In this document: positions 1 to 7,995 of the stretch, in pieces
How positions within the stretch are numbered: the first letter of the stretch is position 1
Layout of the letters: each line of letters begins with the position of its first letter
Origin: a virus
Lineage: Duplodnaviria > Heunggongvirae > Uroviricota > Caudoviricetes
Length of the DNA stretch: 36,843 bases
Reading direction: 5' to 3' (one strand)
Virus record (IMG/VR): IMGVR_UViG_2529292736_000005
The notes under the pieces: model-generated
What the model was told of the DNA's origin: nothing
The model's database searches: none
Seen by the model: only the letters and a program-made list of their open reading frames with translations
Position numbers and translations under genes: made by a program

Positions 1-673
1 TTCTGGCCCTTCGTGGACGGCAGGCCCGTGGCAGGAAGCCATAGTGATCGGCCAGCAGCAGGAACCCGGAGTTGAACACCACCTTCCCATTGTTATTTTT
101 CAGAACTGCGGCTTTCTGGTTATCGACCAGCACGGTTTTCACGCTACCGCCGAAGTAGCGAAAGGCGCGGACCAGTGACTCATAGGTATGTTCAGCATCC
201 TGCTTTGGTGCCGCGAAGACATGGAAGCGACGTGAGAACCCCAGCGTATTAACCGCGAAGTTAACCCTGCATCGTTGCCCGGCAACCTCAGCCTCAACTT
301 CTCCCCAGTCATGCTGTAGCTGGTAACCGGGCTGAGTTTCGAAGCGAACCGTTTTCTTCGATGGCCGCATCTTACGTTTGGGCTGGATGTAGTAGCGCAA
401 CATGGAACGGCCACCGGTATAACCCATCGCTTTGATTTCCGCCAGGATGACCTCGCCGTTCCAGACGTTCTCAGCCAGACGCATATCTATATAGTCCATG
501 AACGGCTTGAGTTTGGCCATTTTGTGGCGTGTTTTTCTGGCCGGAGGTTCCGGGTATTTCAGGTACCGTCTGACGGTCCGCTCAGAGCAACCAACCTGAG
601 TGGCAATATCAACAATATACGCACCTTGCTGGCGCATTTGCTTTATCATGTAAAAATCCTCTCTGCTCAGCAT
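1..673 (-). CDS. istA: IS21-family transposase IstA, N-terminal ~224 aa (C-terminus lies beyond window start)
   Basis: Reverse-complement translation from ATG at 671-673 reads MLSREDFYMIKQMRQQGAYIVDIATQVGCSERTVRRYL...LLADHYGFLPRACRP, an HTH N-terminus then IS21/IS100-type IstA sequence recognised from memory; frame is open to position 1, so it is absent from the ORF track. Confidence 0.8.
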   Translation of the reverse strand, partial: MLSREDFYMIKQMRQQGAYIVDIATQVGCSERTVRRYLKYPEPPARKTRHKMAKLKPFMDYIDMRLAENVWNGEVILAEIKAMGYTGGRSMLRYYIQPKRKMRPSKKTVRFETQPGYQLQHDWGEVEAEVAGQRCRVNFAVNTLGFSRRFHVFAAPKQDAEHTYESLVRAFRYFGGSVKTVLVDNQKAAVLKNNNGKVVFNSGFLLLADHYGFLPRACRPRRAR

Positions 674-780
674 GAGTGTTCCCTTTGTGGTGTAGGAACC
701 TTAAGGAAACAACATGTTGGGTGGAGCGGACAATCCAAATGGTGAATTACTGTCTTATATCATTGGCGCTGACAAACTGT
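1..780 (-). mobile_element. IS21-family insertion sequence, partial; inner boundary approximate (700-790)
   Basis: Contains istA; the terminal inverted repeat cannot be fixed without the other end; a TGACA/TGTCA inverted motif at 770-783 is a candidate end. Confidence 0.45.
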
Positions 781-871
781 CAGTGCCGGATTCTTATCCG
801 TGTCCGGCGCACGACCACACGCTGTCACGAGAGGTCTCCATTCTCAACCAGTAACCTCAATGGAGGATAAA

Positions 872-1066
872 ATGTCAGAGCAGGAGTTAAAACTTGGTGC
901 ATGTTATTGTGTTCTCAAGGAGCTGGTACACATGCTTCCATCTACTCAGTATCAACAGTTAGTTGGCAATTTAAATCAGCGAATCGAAGCTATGTTAAAA
1001 TCTGATGGTTTTAATAACGTAGAAACGCTGATGCTAAAAAGATATCTTGATGGATTAATCAGATAA
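872..1066 (+). CDS. hypothetical small protein (64 aa)
   Basis: ATG at 872 preceded by GGAGG; upstream in-frame ATGs of the 88-aa track ORF lack an RBS. Confidence 0.45.
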   Translation: MSEQELKLGACYCVLKELVHMLPSTQYQQLVGNLNQRIEAMLKSDGFNNVETLMLKRYLDGLIR

Positions 1067-1282
1067 CATTTTTTTACGGCGTTCATATTCGTTAATATTT
1101 ATGAAGCCTGTTGCCAGAAGCAGTTCGTTAATTTCATGGTTGTTTGGCTGTTTCTGGCTCTTTGAGCTGGGATCTTCCACTTCTTTTTCTGCAAATTGTT
1201 TTGCTGTATCCTCTGTGCCATGGATATTTAAAGCTGTATCTGAAAACAGCCCAGTAAACGCATCGCGCACATTACGAGCCAT
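1055..1282 (-). CDS. hypothetical protein (75 aa), possibly the 3' part of a frameshifted gene
   Basis: ORF track; overlaps the upstream 54-aa ORF in another frame across an A-run. Confidence 0.35.
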   Translation of the reverse strand: MARNVRDAFTGLFSDTALNIHGTEDTAKQFAEKEVEDPSSKSQKQPNNHEINELLLATGFININEYERRKKMLSD

Positions 1283-1392
1283 ATTATCAGTGTCTTTTTT
1301 GTTACCGATTCCAATTCAAGTTCGTTCAGACGATGACGAAGTGTGTGTGCTGCAATCTCCTGGATTGAAGGAGGTAAATCTTTAAATTCCAT
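1228..1392 (-). CDS. hypothetical small protein (54 aa, MEFKDLPPSIQEIAAHTLRHRLNELE...)
   Basis: Own translation of reverse complement; GAGG 7 nt upstream of ATG; below the 60-aa track cutoff. Confidence 0.3.
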   Translation of the reverse strand: MEFKDLPPSIQEIAAHTLRHRLNELELESVTKKTLIIWLVMCAMRLLGCFQIQL

Positions 1393-1403
1393 CGTCAACC
1401 TCA

Positions 1404-1556
1404 TCAGTCAGTGTTTCTTGCTAACCAGCGATGCGCACCAGCTGCGGTTTTAAACGTTTTACTTTTGGTATACGTCATCGCGGTGAAGGTGCCGTCCTGG
1501 TTAGGGAACACACCGCATACCAGAGATTCGTTGTTGCCAAGATTGAGCGTATCCAT
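1404..1556 (-). CDS. small protein (50 aa, MDTLNLGNNESLVCGVFPNQDGTFTAMTYTKSKTF...), possibly YdfA/YdaF-like
   Basis: Internal ATG of the 79-aa track ORF with GAGG RBS; family assignment is an unverified recollection. Confidence 0.4.
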   Translation of the reverse strand: MDTLNLGNNESLVCGVFPNQDGTFTAMTYTKSKTFKTAAGAHRWLARNTD

Positions 1557-1563
1557 GTTGACC

Positions 1564-1749
1564 TCATTTCCCCTTAACGCCGGGGTAGCGGAACAAAAAA
1601 CCTGCTGCGCTGTTATACAAAGTGTTCCCGCCGTCATGTTCATACGCCTCGGGCTGGCTACTTAACCCCTGACCACTGCCGGGTAACTCGAAGTATTTCC
1701 CTGCGTTCTGTGGGGCGGGGTGGGTTGGTATTTTTAGTTTAATAAACAT
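1564..1749 (-). CDS. hypothetical protein (61 aa), first ORF downstream of parE2
   Basis: ORF track; stop lies 7 nt before the next start; no clear RBS. Confidence 0.3.
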   Translation of the reverse strand: MFIKLKIPTHPAPQNAGKYFELPGSGQGLSSQPEAYEHDGGNTLYNSAAGFLFRYPGVKGK

Positions 1750-1847
1750 TAAACTTAAGTCAAGTAAAAACTAAACCGCGGGGCATAACAAACACAACGC
1801 TTTTGATAAAGTCGTTGCGGTTGTTATGTTTCTATTGGTAGTGAAAG

Positions 1848-2126
1848 TTAGGGAAACTGGCGTCTTGCGTGGATCACGTTTACTACTTCAACGCTTGATG
1901 TTGTTACGCGGTATAGAATTATATAGTTAGGGTGGGCTACAATCTCACGCAAGCCAGGTACTCTGTCGCTTGGTGGGTATAAATACGGATGTTCGGATAA
2001 CGGCAGCACACAACCCCTTAATCGCTGCCATAAGCGTTCAGCCGCATCTATGTCGAAACGAGCAATATAACTAGTTATATCATCTAGGTCGGTATCTGCG
2101 CTTTCAAGCCATAACACGGGTAACAT
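1848..2126 (-). CDS. parE2: ParE-family type II toxin ParE2 (92 aa)
   Basis: MLPVLWLESADTDLDDITSYIARFDIDAAERLWQRL... matches the ParE2 toxin of the O157 paaR2-paaA2-parE2 module (recollection); start taken at the internal Met adjacent to the paaA2 stop. Confidence 0.8.
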   Translation of the reverse strand: MLPVLWLESADTDLDDITSYIARFDIDAAERLWQRLRGCVLPLSEHPYLYPPSDRVPGLREIVAHPNYIILYRVTTSSVEVVNVIHARRQFP

Positions 2127-2127
2127 T

Positions 2128-2319
2128 TTACTGCTTGCTCCGTTCCTTACGCATCTTAGCAAAGCGTTCTGCCATTCTGCGCTCAACTTCGTCATGGGGA
2201 ATTGCTGGGCGCGGATCTGCAAGGCTCGTTGCTACTTTCGCACGCAGCCATTCGTTGTAACTGTTTTCTTGTTCAATGGTTTCAAATTCAGAAACCATTG
2301 GTGAAAGGGCTCTATTCAT
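2128..2319 (-). CDS. paaA2: PaaA2 antitoxin (63 aa)
   Basis: MNRALSPMVSEFETIEQENSYNEWLRAKVATSLADPRP...; GGAGG RBS before ATG at 2317-2319; immediately upstream of parE2. Confidence 0.8.
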   Translation of the reverse strand: MNRALSPMVSEFETIEQENSYNEWLRAKVATSLADPRPAIPHDEVERRMAERFAKMRKERSKQ

Positions 2320-2339
2320 GTTTCCTCCGGTTTTATAAC

Positions 2340-2711
2340 TCAGGCGCGGCGGCATTTTTGCGCCGCAATCCATCTCGCTATGAGATCTTCCATTGATTCT
2401 TTTTTCTGCTTTAACTCGCTGATTATCTGGCGTTGCTCATCCTCAGGGAAGGCTGAAAAAATCTGCAATAATTCCAGTTGATTAGACGTTAACCCTGCAT
2501 GTGGTGGAGAAACCCCCGGTTGTTCTGCGTATTCCGCATCCAGATACCCTTCCGGCATCCCGTATGTTTGCTCTATTCTTCTGGCAGCCTTTTCTCCAAA
2601 CGAGGCTCTCCCACTCATTAGTTGAGATAGGTAGCTCTTCTCTTTGGGTGGCAGAGTTTTATCTTTAAACCACTCCTTGAGACGTAAACGGCGAATTTCT
2701 TTTTTTTGCAT
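2340..2711 (-). CDS. paaR2: PaaR2 HTH repressor (CI-like), 123 aa
   Basis: Start at MQKKEIRRLRLKEW... (2709-2711); first gene of the leftward operon, divergent from the Cro-like gene. Confidence 0.75.
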   Translation of the reverse strand: MQKKEIRRLRLKEWFKDKTLPPKEKSYLSQLMSGRASFGEKAARRIEQTYGMPEGYLDAEYAEQPGVSPPHAGLTSNQLELLQIFSAFPEDEQRQIISELKQKKESMEDLIARWIAAQKCRRA

Positions 2712-2808
2712 GTGGTAATTATCTTTAGTAATCACTAAACAAGCAAATACTTGACTTAATGGTTTATTAAACACTAAACTCGCAAAAAAACACTAAACCG
2801 AGGAAGGT
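2712..2808. promoter_or_regulatory. divergent promoter/operator region between paaR2 and ydaS-like gene
   Basis: Three direct copies of CACTAAAC; TTGACT -35-like hexamer at 2751-2756. Confidence 0.45.
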
Positions 2809-3111
2809 ATGACATTAAAAGAGTTTATTAAATCATTAAGGGTTGGTGATGCTAAGAAATTCGCGGCCAGACTTGGTGTATCGCCATCTTACTTATCGCA
2901 AATGGCGTCTGGACGAACAGCTATATCTCCAACCCGCGCCCTTATGATCGAATCTGCGACGGAAGGCCAAGTAAGTAGGGCGGAGCTACGACCCCATGAT
3001 TGGGAGCTTATTTGGCCTGAGTATGCGAGCGGCATTCGTTTGGGGCAAACACATGTAGTTCATGCTGAAGGTGATTGTAGTACATGCTTATCTGATGGAG
3101 TTGATTCATGA
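2809..3111 (+). CDS. ydaS: Cro-like HTH regulator, YdaS family (100 aa)
   Basis: HTH segment AKKFAARLGVSPSYLSQMASGR; GGAAGG RBS; position equivalent to cro. Confidence 0.7.
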   Translation: MTLKEFIKSLRVGDAKKFAARLGVSPSYLSQMASGRTAISPTRALMIESATEGQVSRAELRPHDWELIWPEYASGIRLGQTHVVHAEGDCSTCLSDGVDS

Positions 3112-3533
3112 AAATCAAGCATGAACACATCCGCATGGCGATGAATGTCTGGGCGCATCCGGACGGCGAAAAAGTACCGGCTGCGAAAATTACCAAAGCG
3201 TATTTCGAGCTGGGAATGACGTTCCCGGAACTGTATGACGACAGCCATCCGGAAGCCCTGGCCCGTAATACCCAGAAAATTTTCCGTTGGCTGGATAAAG
3301 ACACCCCTGATGCTGTTGAAAAAATGCAGGCTCTGTTACCGGCGATCGAAAAGGCGATGCCGCCTTTGCTGGTGGCCCGTATGCGCAGCCACAGTTCTGA
3401 ATATTACCGTGAGATCGTCGAACGGAGGGATCGGCTGGTGAAGGATGTCGATGATTTTGTTGCGTCAGCGGTTGTTTTGTATGACCAGATGAATCGCGGC
3501 GGCCCGGCAGGGAATGCTGTGGTGATGCACTAA
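3108..3533 (+). CDS. ydaT: YdaT-family regulator (CII-like), 141 aa
   Basis: MKIKHEHI... N-terminus typical of YdaT (recollection); overlaps ydaS stop. Confidence 0.7.
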   Translation: MKIKHEHIRMAMNVWAHPDGEKVPAAKITKAYFELGMTFPELYDDSHPEALARNTQKIFRWLDKDTPDAVEKMQALLPAIEKAMPPLLVARMRSHSSEYYREIVERRDRLVKDVDDFVASAVVLYDQMNRGGPAGNAVVMH

Positions 3534-3555
3534 AAGCACGGTGTTCGGGGGTTTT

Positions 3556-4518
3556 ATGAGCAGCAAGCTTCATGGTCTTGTCTGGGAAGGGTGCGCCTTC
3601 ACCGGCATGATCTTATCCAGGGTGGCGGTTATGGCCCGTCTTGCAGACTACAGCAATGACGAGGGTGTGTCATGGCCTGCCATTGAAACTATCCGGCGTC
3701 AGATCGGTGCAAGAAGTGAATCCACAGTGAAATCGGCTATTGCAGAACTGGCGAAAGAGGGCTGGCTGACGAAGGAAGAGCGTAAGGTCGGTGGGCGTAA
3801 TGTAAGCAATATCTATCGGCTTAATGTGGAAAAACTCGAAGCAGCTGCGGCGGCGGCGCGTGAGTCATATAAACCGAAAAGAAAAATTAGCCCGGCAAAA
3901 AATGACCCGTTAACAGTTGACCCGTCAAATATTGACCCCTCAACGGTTGACCCGTCAAATTTTGATGGATCAACTGTTGATAAAAAACTGCCGATTAGGG
4001 GGGCGATGATTGACCCCGATCCGTCAGTATTAAAACCTGATCCGTCAGATAAAAGATCTTCTTGTCCGGACGCTTCGCAACCGGACCCGCAGACGGCTGA
4101 ACAGGATTTTTTAACCCGACACCCTGACGCGGTTGTGTTCAGTGCGAAAAAACGCCAGTGGGGAAGTCAGGAAGATTTGGTGTGCGCACAGTGGATCTGG
4201 GGACGAATCGTGAGTCTTTACGAGCAGGCGGCCAGCTATGATGGCGAGATCACTAGACCGAAAGAACCCAACTGGACAGCATGGGCCAATGACGTTCGCA
4301 CAATGCGGATGCTGGATGGCAGAACTCACAGACAAATTTGTGAAATGTTTGGGCGTCTCCAGCGGGATTCGTTCTGGGTAAAAAACATCATGAGTCCGGC
4401 AAAACTCCGGGAAAAATGGGATGAACTGGTTATCCGCCTGGGGCGTTCGCCTGCGCAGCGTTGCGTGAATCACATTTCTGAACCGGACACTGAAATTCCG
4501 CCGGGCTTCAGGGGGTAA
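3556..4518 (+). CDS. replication initiator, O-like (N-terminal HTH; iterons inside the gene)
   Basis: MSSKLHGLVWEG... with GGGGG RBS; internal repeated DPS peptide motifs encoded by DNA iterons. Confidence 0.65.
   Translation: MSSKLHGLVWEGCAFTGMILSRVAVMARLADYSNDEGVSWPAIETIRRQIGARSESTVKSAIAELAKEGWLTKEERKVGGRNVSNIYRLNVEKLEAAAAAARESYKPKRKISPAKNDPLTVDPSNIDPSTVDPSNFDGSTVDKKLPIRGAMIDPDPSVLKPDPSDKRSSCPDASQPDPQTAEQDFLTRHPDAVVFSAKKRQWGSQEDLVCAQWIWGRIVSLYEQAASYDGEITRPKEPNWTAWANDVRTMRMLDGRTHRQICEMFGRLQRDSFWVKNIMSPAKLREKWDELVIRLGRSPAQRCVNHISEPDTEIPPGFRG
3905..4060. repeat. putative replication origin iterons inside the O-like gene
   Basis: GTTGACCCGTCAAAT occurs twice (3914-3928, 3944-3958) with degenerate copies ATTGACCCCTCAACG, TGACCCCGATCCGTCAG, CTGATCCGTCAG. 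Confidence 0.45.
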
Positions 4519-4558
4519 GTGTTAATTTCTGGTCATGAGGTAATTTTCAGGAGGGCTT

Positions 4559-4981
4559 GTGGCAAAAGTTTTTACACAAGAAGAGCGGGAAAAAATTAAA
4601 GGGCTGATCGTGGAATTCGTACGCCTTAACGGACGAGGCACGATTCGGCAGTTATCGGATGAAATTGGTGTCAGTCATGCGTCTGTCGGTCGTTTATGCA
4701 TGGAGCTGGCCGCCAGTGGTGATGTTTACAATTCCGGTTACGGAGTATTCCCGTCTGAGCAGGCGCGCAAGGACTGGCAAAACGCCCGCAAAAAACTCTC
4801 AAGGGCAAAGCTGAAGAAACCATCTGTGGTTGATCCGGACCTTATCTGGCTATTACCAGACGGCGAAATACGCCGCTACGACAGGCGTCAGAACATAATC
4901 TGTCGCGAGTGCCGGAAGAGCGAAGTTATGCAGCGCATATTGTCGTTTTATCAGGGTAATTTTCAGGAGGTAGCGCAGTGA
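4559..4981 (+). CDS. hypothetical protein (140 aa)
   Basis: GTG start 5 nt after AGGAGG; ORF track. Confidence 0.55.
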   Translation: MAKVFTQEEREKIKGLIVEFVRLNGRGTIRQLSDEIGVSHASVGRLCMELAASGDVYNSGYGVFPSEQARKDWQNARKKLSRAKLKKPSVVDPDLIWLLPDGEIRRYDRRQNIICRECRKSEVMQRILSFYQGNFQEVAQ

Positions 4982-5472
4982 GTGCACCGGCAACCATTCT
5001 TGATATGTGCTGTGGCAGCCGCATGTTCTGGTTCGATAAGAATGACGACCGGGCGATATTTAGCGATATCAGAAAGGAAGAGCACACATTATGTGATGGA
5101 CGAAGACTGATAATTAGCCCTGACCTGATAGCAGATTTTCGTGCATTACCATTTGCAGACGCATCGTTTCCGGTGGTTGTATTCGACCCTCCGCATCTTG
5201 AGCGTGTTGGTGATAACGCCTGGATGGGAAAGAAATATGGACGGCTGAATAAAGATACCTGGCGTGATGATTTGCGGCAGGGATTTAAAGAAGCCTTTCG
5301 TGTGTTGCGGCCATACAGCGTTCTGATTTTTAAATGGAATGAAACGCAAATACCTGTTCGCCAGATATTGGCACTGACCGACAGAAAGCCTGTTATCGGT
5401 CAACGAACAGGAAAGGGTGACAAGACCCACTGGATTATTTTTATGAAGGAGGCGACCAGTGAGCAAGATTGA
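4978..5472 (+). CDS. putative SAM-dependent methyltransferase (164 aa)
   Basis: Motif I-like ILDMCCGSRMF followed by hydrophobic strand FPVVVFDPPH (DPPH catalytic-type motif); GTG start after AGGAGG. Confidence 0.45.
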   Translation: MSAPATILDMCCGSRMFWFDKNDDRAIFSDIRKEEHTLCDGRRLIISPDLIADFRALPFADASFPVVVFDPPHLERVGDNAWMGKKYGRLNKDTWRDDLRQGFKEAFRVLRPYSVLIFKWNETQIPVRQILALTDRKPVIGQRTGKGDKTHWIIFMKEATSEQD

Positions 5473-5641
5473 CTATCAAGAACTGCGCGAGGCGGCGGAA
5501 CAGGCAACGCAAGATGAATGGGTAGCATATATTTTGCCGGGTCATAACGCATTTATCCTGCGCGCACGTCTGAGGGTAGGCATTGCGGATACTTTATTGA
5601 CTGGCCTGGCGTCTGTCAGGGGCGGGAGAGCATCAACATGA
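5459..5641 (+). CDS. Ead/Ea22-like small protein (60 aa)
   Basis: N-terminus MSKIDYQELREAAEQA paralogous to the ORFs at 6141 and 10657; GTG start after AAGGAGG. Confidence 0.4.
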   Translation: MSKIDYQELREAAEQATQDEWVAYILPGHNAFILRARLRVGIADTLLTGLASVRGGRAST

Positions 5642-6144
5642 GCATCAGAACCTACGCAGTGAATTGCAATGACGCATGGCTAAACACCGAAGGTGATGAC
5701 ATCTCCGGCTCATACGTTAAGTACAAAGACCATCAGGAAGTGGTTGCCGCTCTTGAGGCCAAGTGCGCGGCGCTGACAGCGGAGAATGCGGGAATAAAGT
5801 CTGCAATTCCAGAATCACGGGATATTGAGGATGACAATGACAATATGGATGACGTATCTCTCGCGGAAGACTTCGGGTTCAATCATGCAATAGAACGGAT
5901 GAGGAGACAGATACCTGAAACGCCAACCACTGATGCTTTCCTGGCTGAAGTCCGGGCGCAGGGGGTGGATGCTGCTATAGAAGCTGCAAAAAATCTGGTG
6001 GCCCAAGAATATGAGTATAAGGATTTCAAAGCGGCGCAGAGTGATTGCTGTATGCACCCTGGTTCAGACCTGGTAGGGAAGGTTGAAATGACTGAGTGGT
6101 TAGTTGACTTTGCTGCCCAGCTTCGCAAAGGAGGCAACCAGTGA
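5638..6144 (+). CDS. hypothetical protein (168 aa)
   Basis: ORF track; ATGA start/stop overlap with the upstream ORF. Confidence 0.5.
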   Translation: MSIRTYAVNCNDAWLNTEGDDISGSYVKYKDHQEVVAALEAKCAALTAENAGIKSAIPESRDIEDDNDNMDDVSLAEDFGFNHAIERMRRQIPETPTTDAFLAEVRAQGVDAAIEAAKNLVAQEYEYKDFKAAQSDCCMHPGSDLVGKVEMTEWLVDFAAQLRKGGNQ

Positions 6145-6788
6145 GCGAAATTAATTACCAGTCACTGCGTGAGGTGGCGGAACGTGCAATTCCAGCAATG
6201 GAACGCCTGTTAATGTTGCCAGCTGATGATGATTTGTTAAGTGAACAGGAACTTAAAGATTACGGTGTGGATATTGATGCGCTCAATGCCTTCAAATTTC
6301 TGACCGGACCAGAAACCGTGCTGGCACTACTGGACGAACGGGAAAGAAACCAGCAATACATCAAACGCCGCGACCAGGAGAACGAGGATATTGCACTAAC
6401 GGTTGGGAAACTGCGTGTTGAGCTGGAAGCCGCAGAGAAGCGCAACGCAAAATTACAAAGCGAGAATGCATACATCCGCAACCGGTTCAAAGAGCTGGAC
6501 CTGTTAATCGGGAAAAACATTCTGGTCATGCAGGCTGCGATTATCGAATGGCAGGCAACTGGCGACGCTAAAAGCGGACTGGCATGGATTTATAACACAC
6601 TGTTTGGCCTAGGCGAATTGCCGGACGAATCTGAGAAAGATGCTCAGGCCTACTTTAATCGCAAATATGCACCGATTGACGAAAAGCTCATGGAGCTTCA
6701 CAAGTGGTTTTGGGAACAAAGTGAAGCCGAGCGCGCCGCTGGCATTCGCATCAAAGGAGAGGAGCATGGAAATAAAACCAGAGGATGA
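6141..6788 (+). CDS. Ead/Ea22-like protein (215 aa, coiled-coil rich)
   Basis: N-terminus MSEINYQSLREVAERA; GTG start after AAGGAGG. Confidence 0.55.
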   Translation: MSEINYQSLREVAERAIPAMERLLMLPADDDLLSEQELKDYGVDIDALNAFKFLTGPETVLALLDERERNQQYIKRRDQENEDIALTVGKLRVELEAAEKRNAKLQSENAYIRNRFKELDLLIGKNILVMQAAIIEWQATGDAKSGLAWIYNTLFGLGELPDESEKDAQAYFNRKYAPIDEKLMELHKWFWEQSEAERAAGIRIKGEEHGNKTRG

Positions 6789-7122
6789 GTTAAGCAATAT
6801 CGTTTTATTTCCGGTAAAAGAGGATGACCCTCGTAATCAGGTTAATTTTCTTTATGAGCCATCGGAAAGACCATATTGCCATCACGCCTCTGTTCGGGTT
6901 GACGAAAAAGAGCGTCAGGTCCGCTGTAAAATCTGCGGTGCAGTTGTGGAGCCGTTTGACTGGATGCTCTCTGTGGCGAAAAGAGAAACCAGACTGGCAG
7001 ATGATGTAAGGCTATTGCGCCAGGAGGAACAGGAAAGGCGGAAAAATATAGAAAAGTTAATTCAGATTGAGCGTAACGCAAAAGCGCGGATATGCAGGGC
7101 GACAAAATCCAGAACTGAATAA
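6766..7122 (+). CDS. hypothetical protein with Cys/His zinc-ribbon-like motif (118 aa)
   Basis: Start MEIKPEDEL after AGGAGAGGAG; CHH...CKICG motif. Confidence 0.45.
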   Translation: MEIKPEDELSNIVLFPVKEDDPRNQVNFLYEPSERPYCHHASVRVDEKERQVRCKICGAVVEPFDWMLSVAKRETRLADDVRLLRQEEQERRKNIEKLIQIERNAKARICRATKSRTE

Positions 7123-7217
7123 TTAAATTTAGCACTGTAAATAAAATCAAATCCTTAACCGGAGGGATTTCTGCACCCTCAGAACATCAGGAGGCCGTCC
7201 GAAAGGGCGGTAGTGAA

Positions 7218-7259
7218 ATGCGAAAATTCAAAATAATTATTGAAACGGGAATAGCCGGT
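7218..7259 (+). pseudogene. 5' part of a small acidic ORF disrupted by the IS66-family insertion
   Basis: ATG at 7218 after an RBS; 14 codons run exactly to the target duplication. Confidence 0.5.
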
Positions 7260-7344
7260 GTAACCGTCTCATTTAAACCGTCTTTCGCCTCCCTTTCCTG
7301 TTTCCGATACTAATGTCCATTTTCGCAGTAAAGGGACATTTAAG

Positions 7345-7995
7345 ATGAATGCACGAAAAGCGGTACTGGCAGACAATCCGGAATTGATCCTGCGTGTGCT
7401 ACAACTGAGATTTGACGAGTCACTGTCGTACCCGCGCATTTCTGCGCAGACCGGTATCAGCAAAACCGCCATTTTTTCTCTGGTGAGGCGATTTCACCAG
7501 GTATTCACTGACTGGCCTCTTTCCGGAGAATATTCCTGCGTGCAACTGGCCCGGGCTCTGTTCCCGGGGCGATACCCTTCAGCCCCGACAGTGACTCAGC
7601 CTGTGAAAACAGAGAAAATCCGCCGGAACCGATTTTCACCGGAGTTTAAATGGAGGCTTGTTCAGCAAACTCTTTTACCCGGTGCCTGTGTCGCACAAAT
7701 AGCTCGTGAGAACGGAATCAACGATAACCTGCTCTTTAACTGGCGGCATCTCTGGCGTAACGGCGGCCTGCAGCCGACCGGCGAACATGAAACATCGCTA
7801 CTTCCCGTGACGTTAACTCCGGAGCCGGATAATAAAATCCCGGCACCAGTGCAGATACCTGAACAGATAAATACACCGCCCGACAGTCTGTGCTGTGAGC
7901 TGGTTCTGCCGGCCGGAACTCTCAGGCTGAAAGGTGAACTGACACCGGCGTTATTACAGACACTTATCCGCGAAATGAAAGGGAGCAGCCACTAA
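7345..7995 (+). CDS. tnpA: IS66-family TnpA (orf1)
   Basis: ORF track; first ORF of a three-ORF IS66 layout. Confidence 0.75.
   Translation: MNARKAVLADNPELILRVLQLRFDESLSYPRISAQTGISKTAIFSLVRRFHQVFTDWPLSGEYSCVQLARALFPGRYPSAPTVTQPVKTEKIRRNRFSPEFKWRLVQQTLLPGACVAQIARENGINDNLLFNWRHLWRNGGLQPTGEHETSLLPVTLTPEPDNKIPAPVQIPEQINTPPDSLCCELVLPAGTLRLKGELTPALLQTLIREMKGSSH

Noticed and set aside
1411-1665. Plus-strand 84-aa ORF
   Set aside because: Antisense to the better-supported minus-strand small ORFs with RBSs; no RBS of its own
3235-3573. ORFs overlapping ydaT (3235-3441 plus strand, 3190-3573 minus strand)
   Set aside because: Embedded in or antisense to the ydaT-like gene; Arg/Cys-rich artefactual translations
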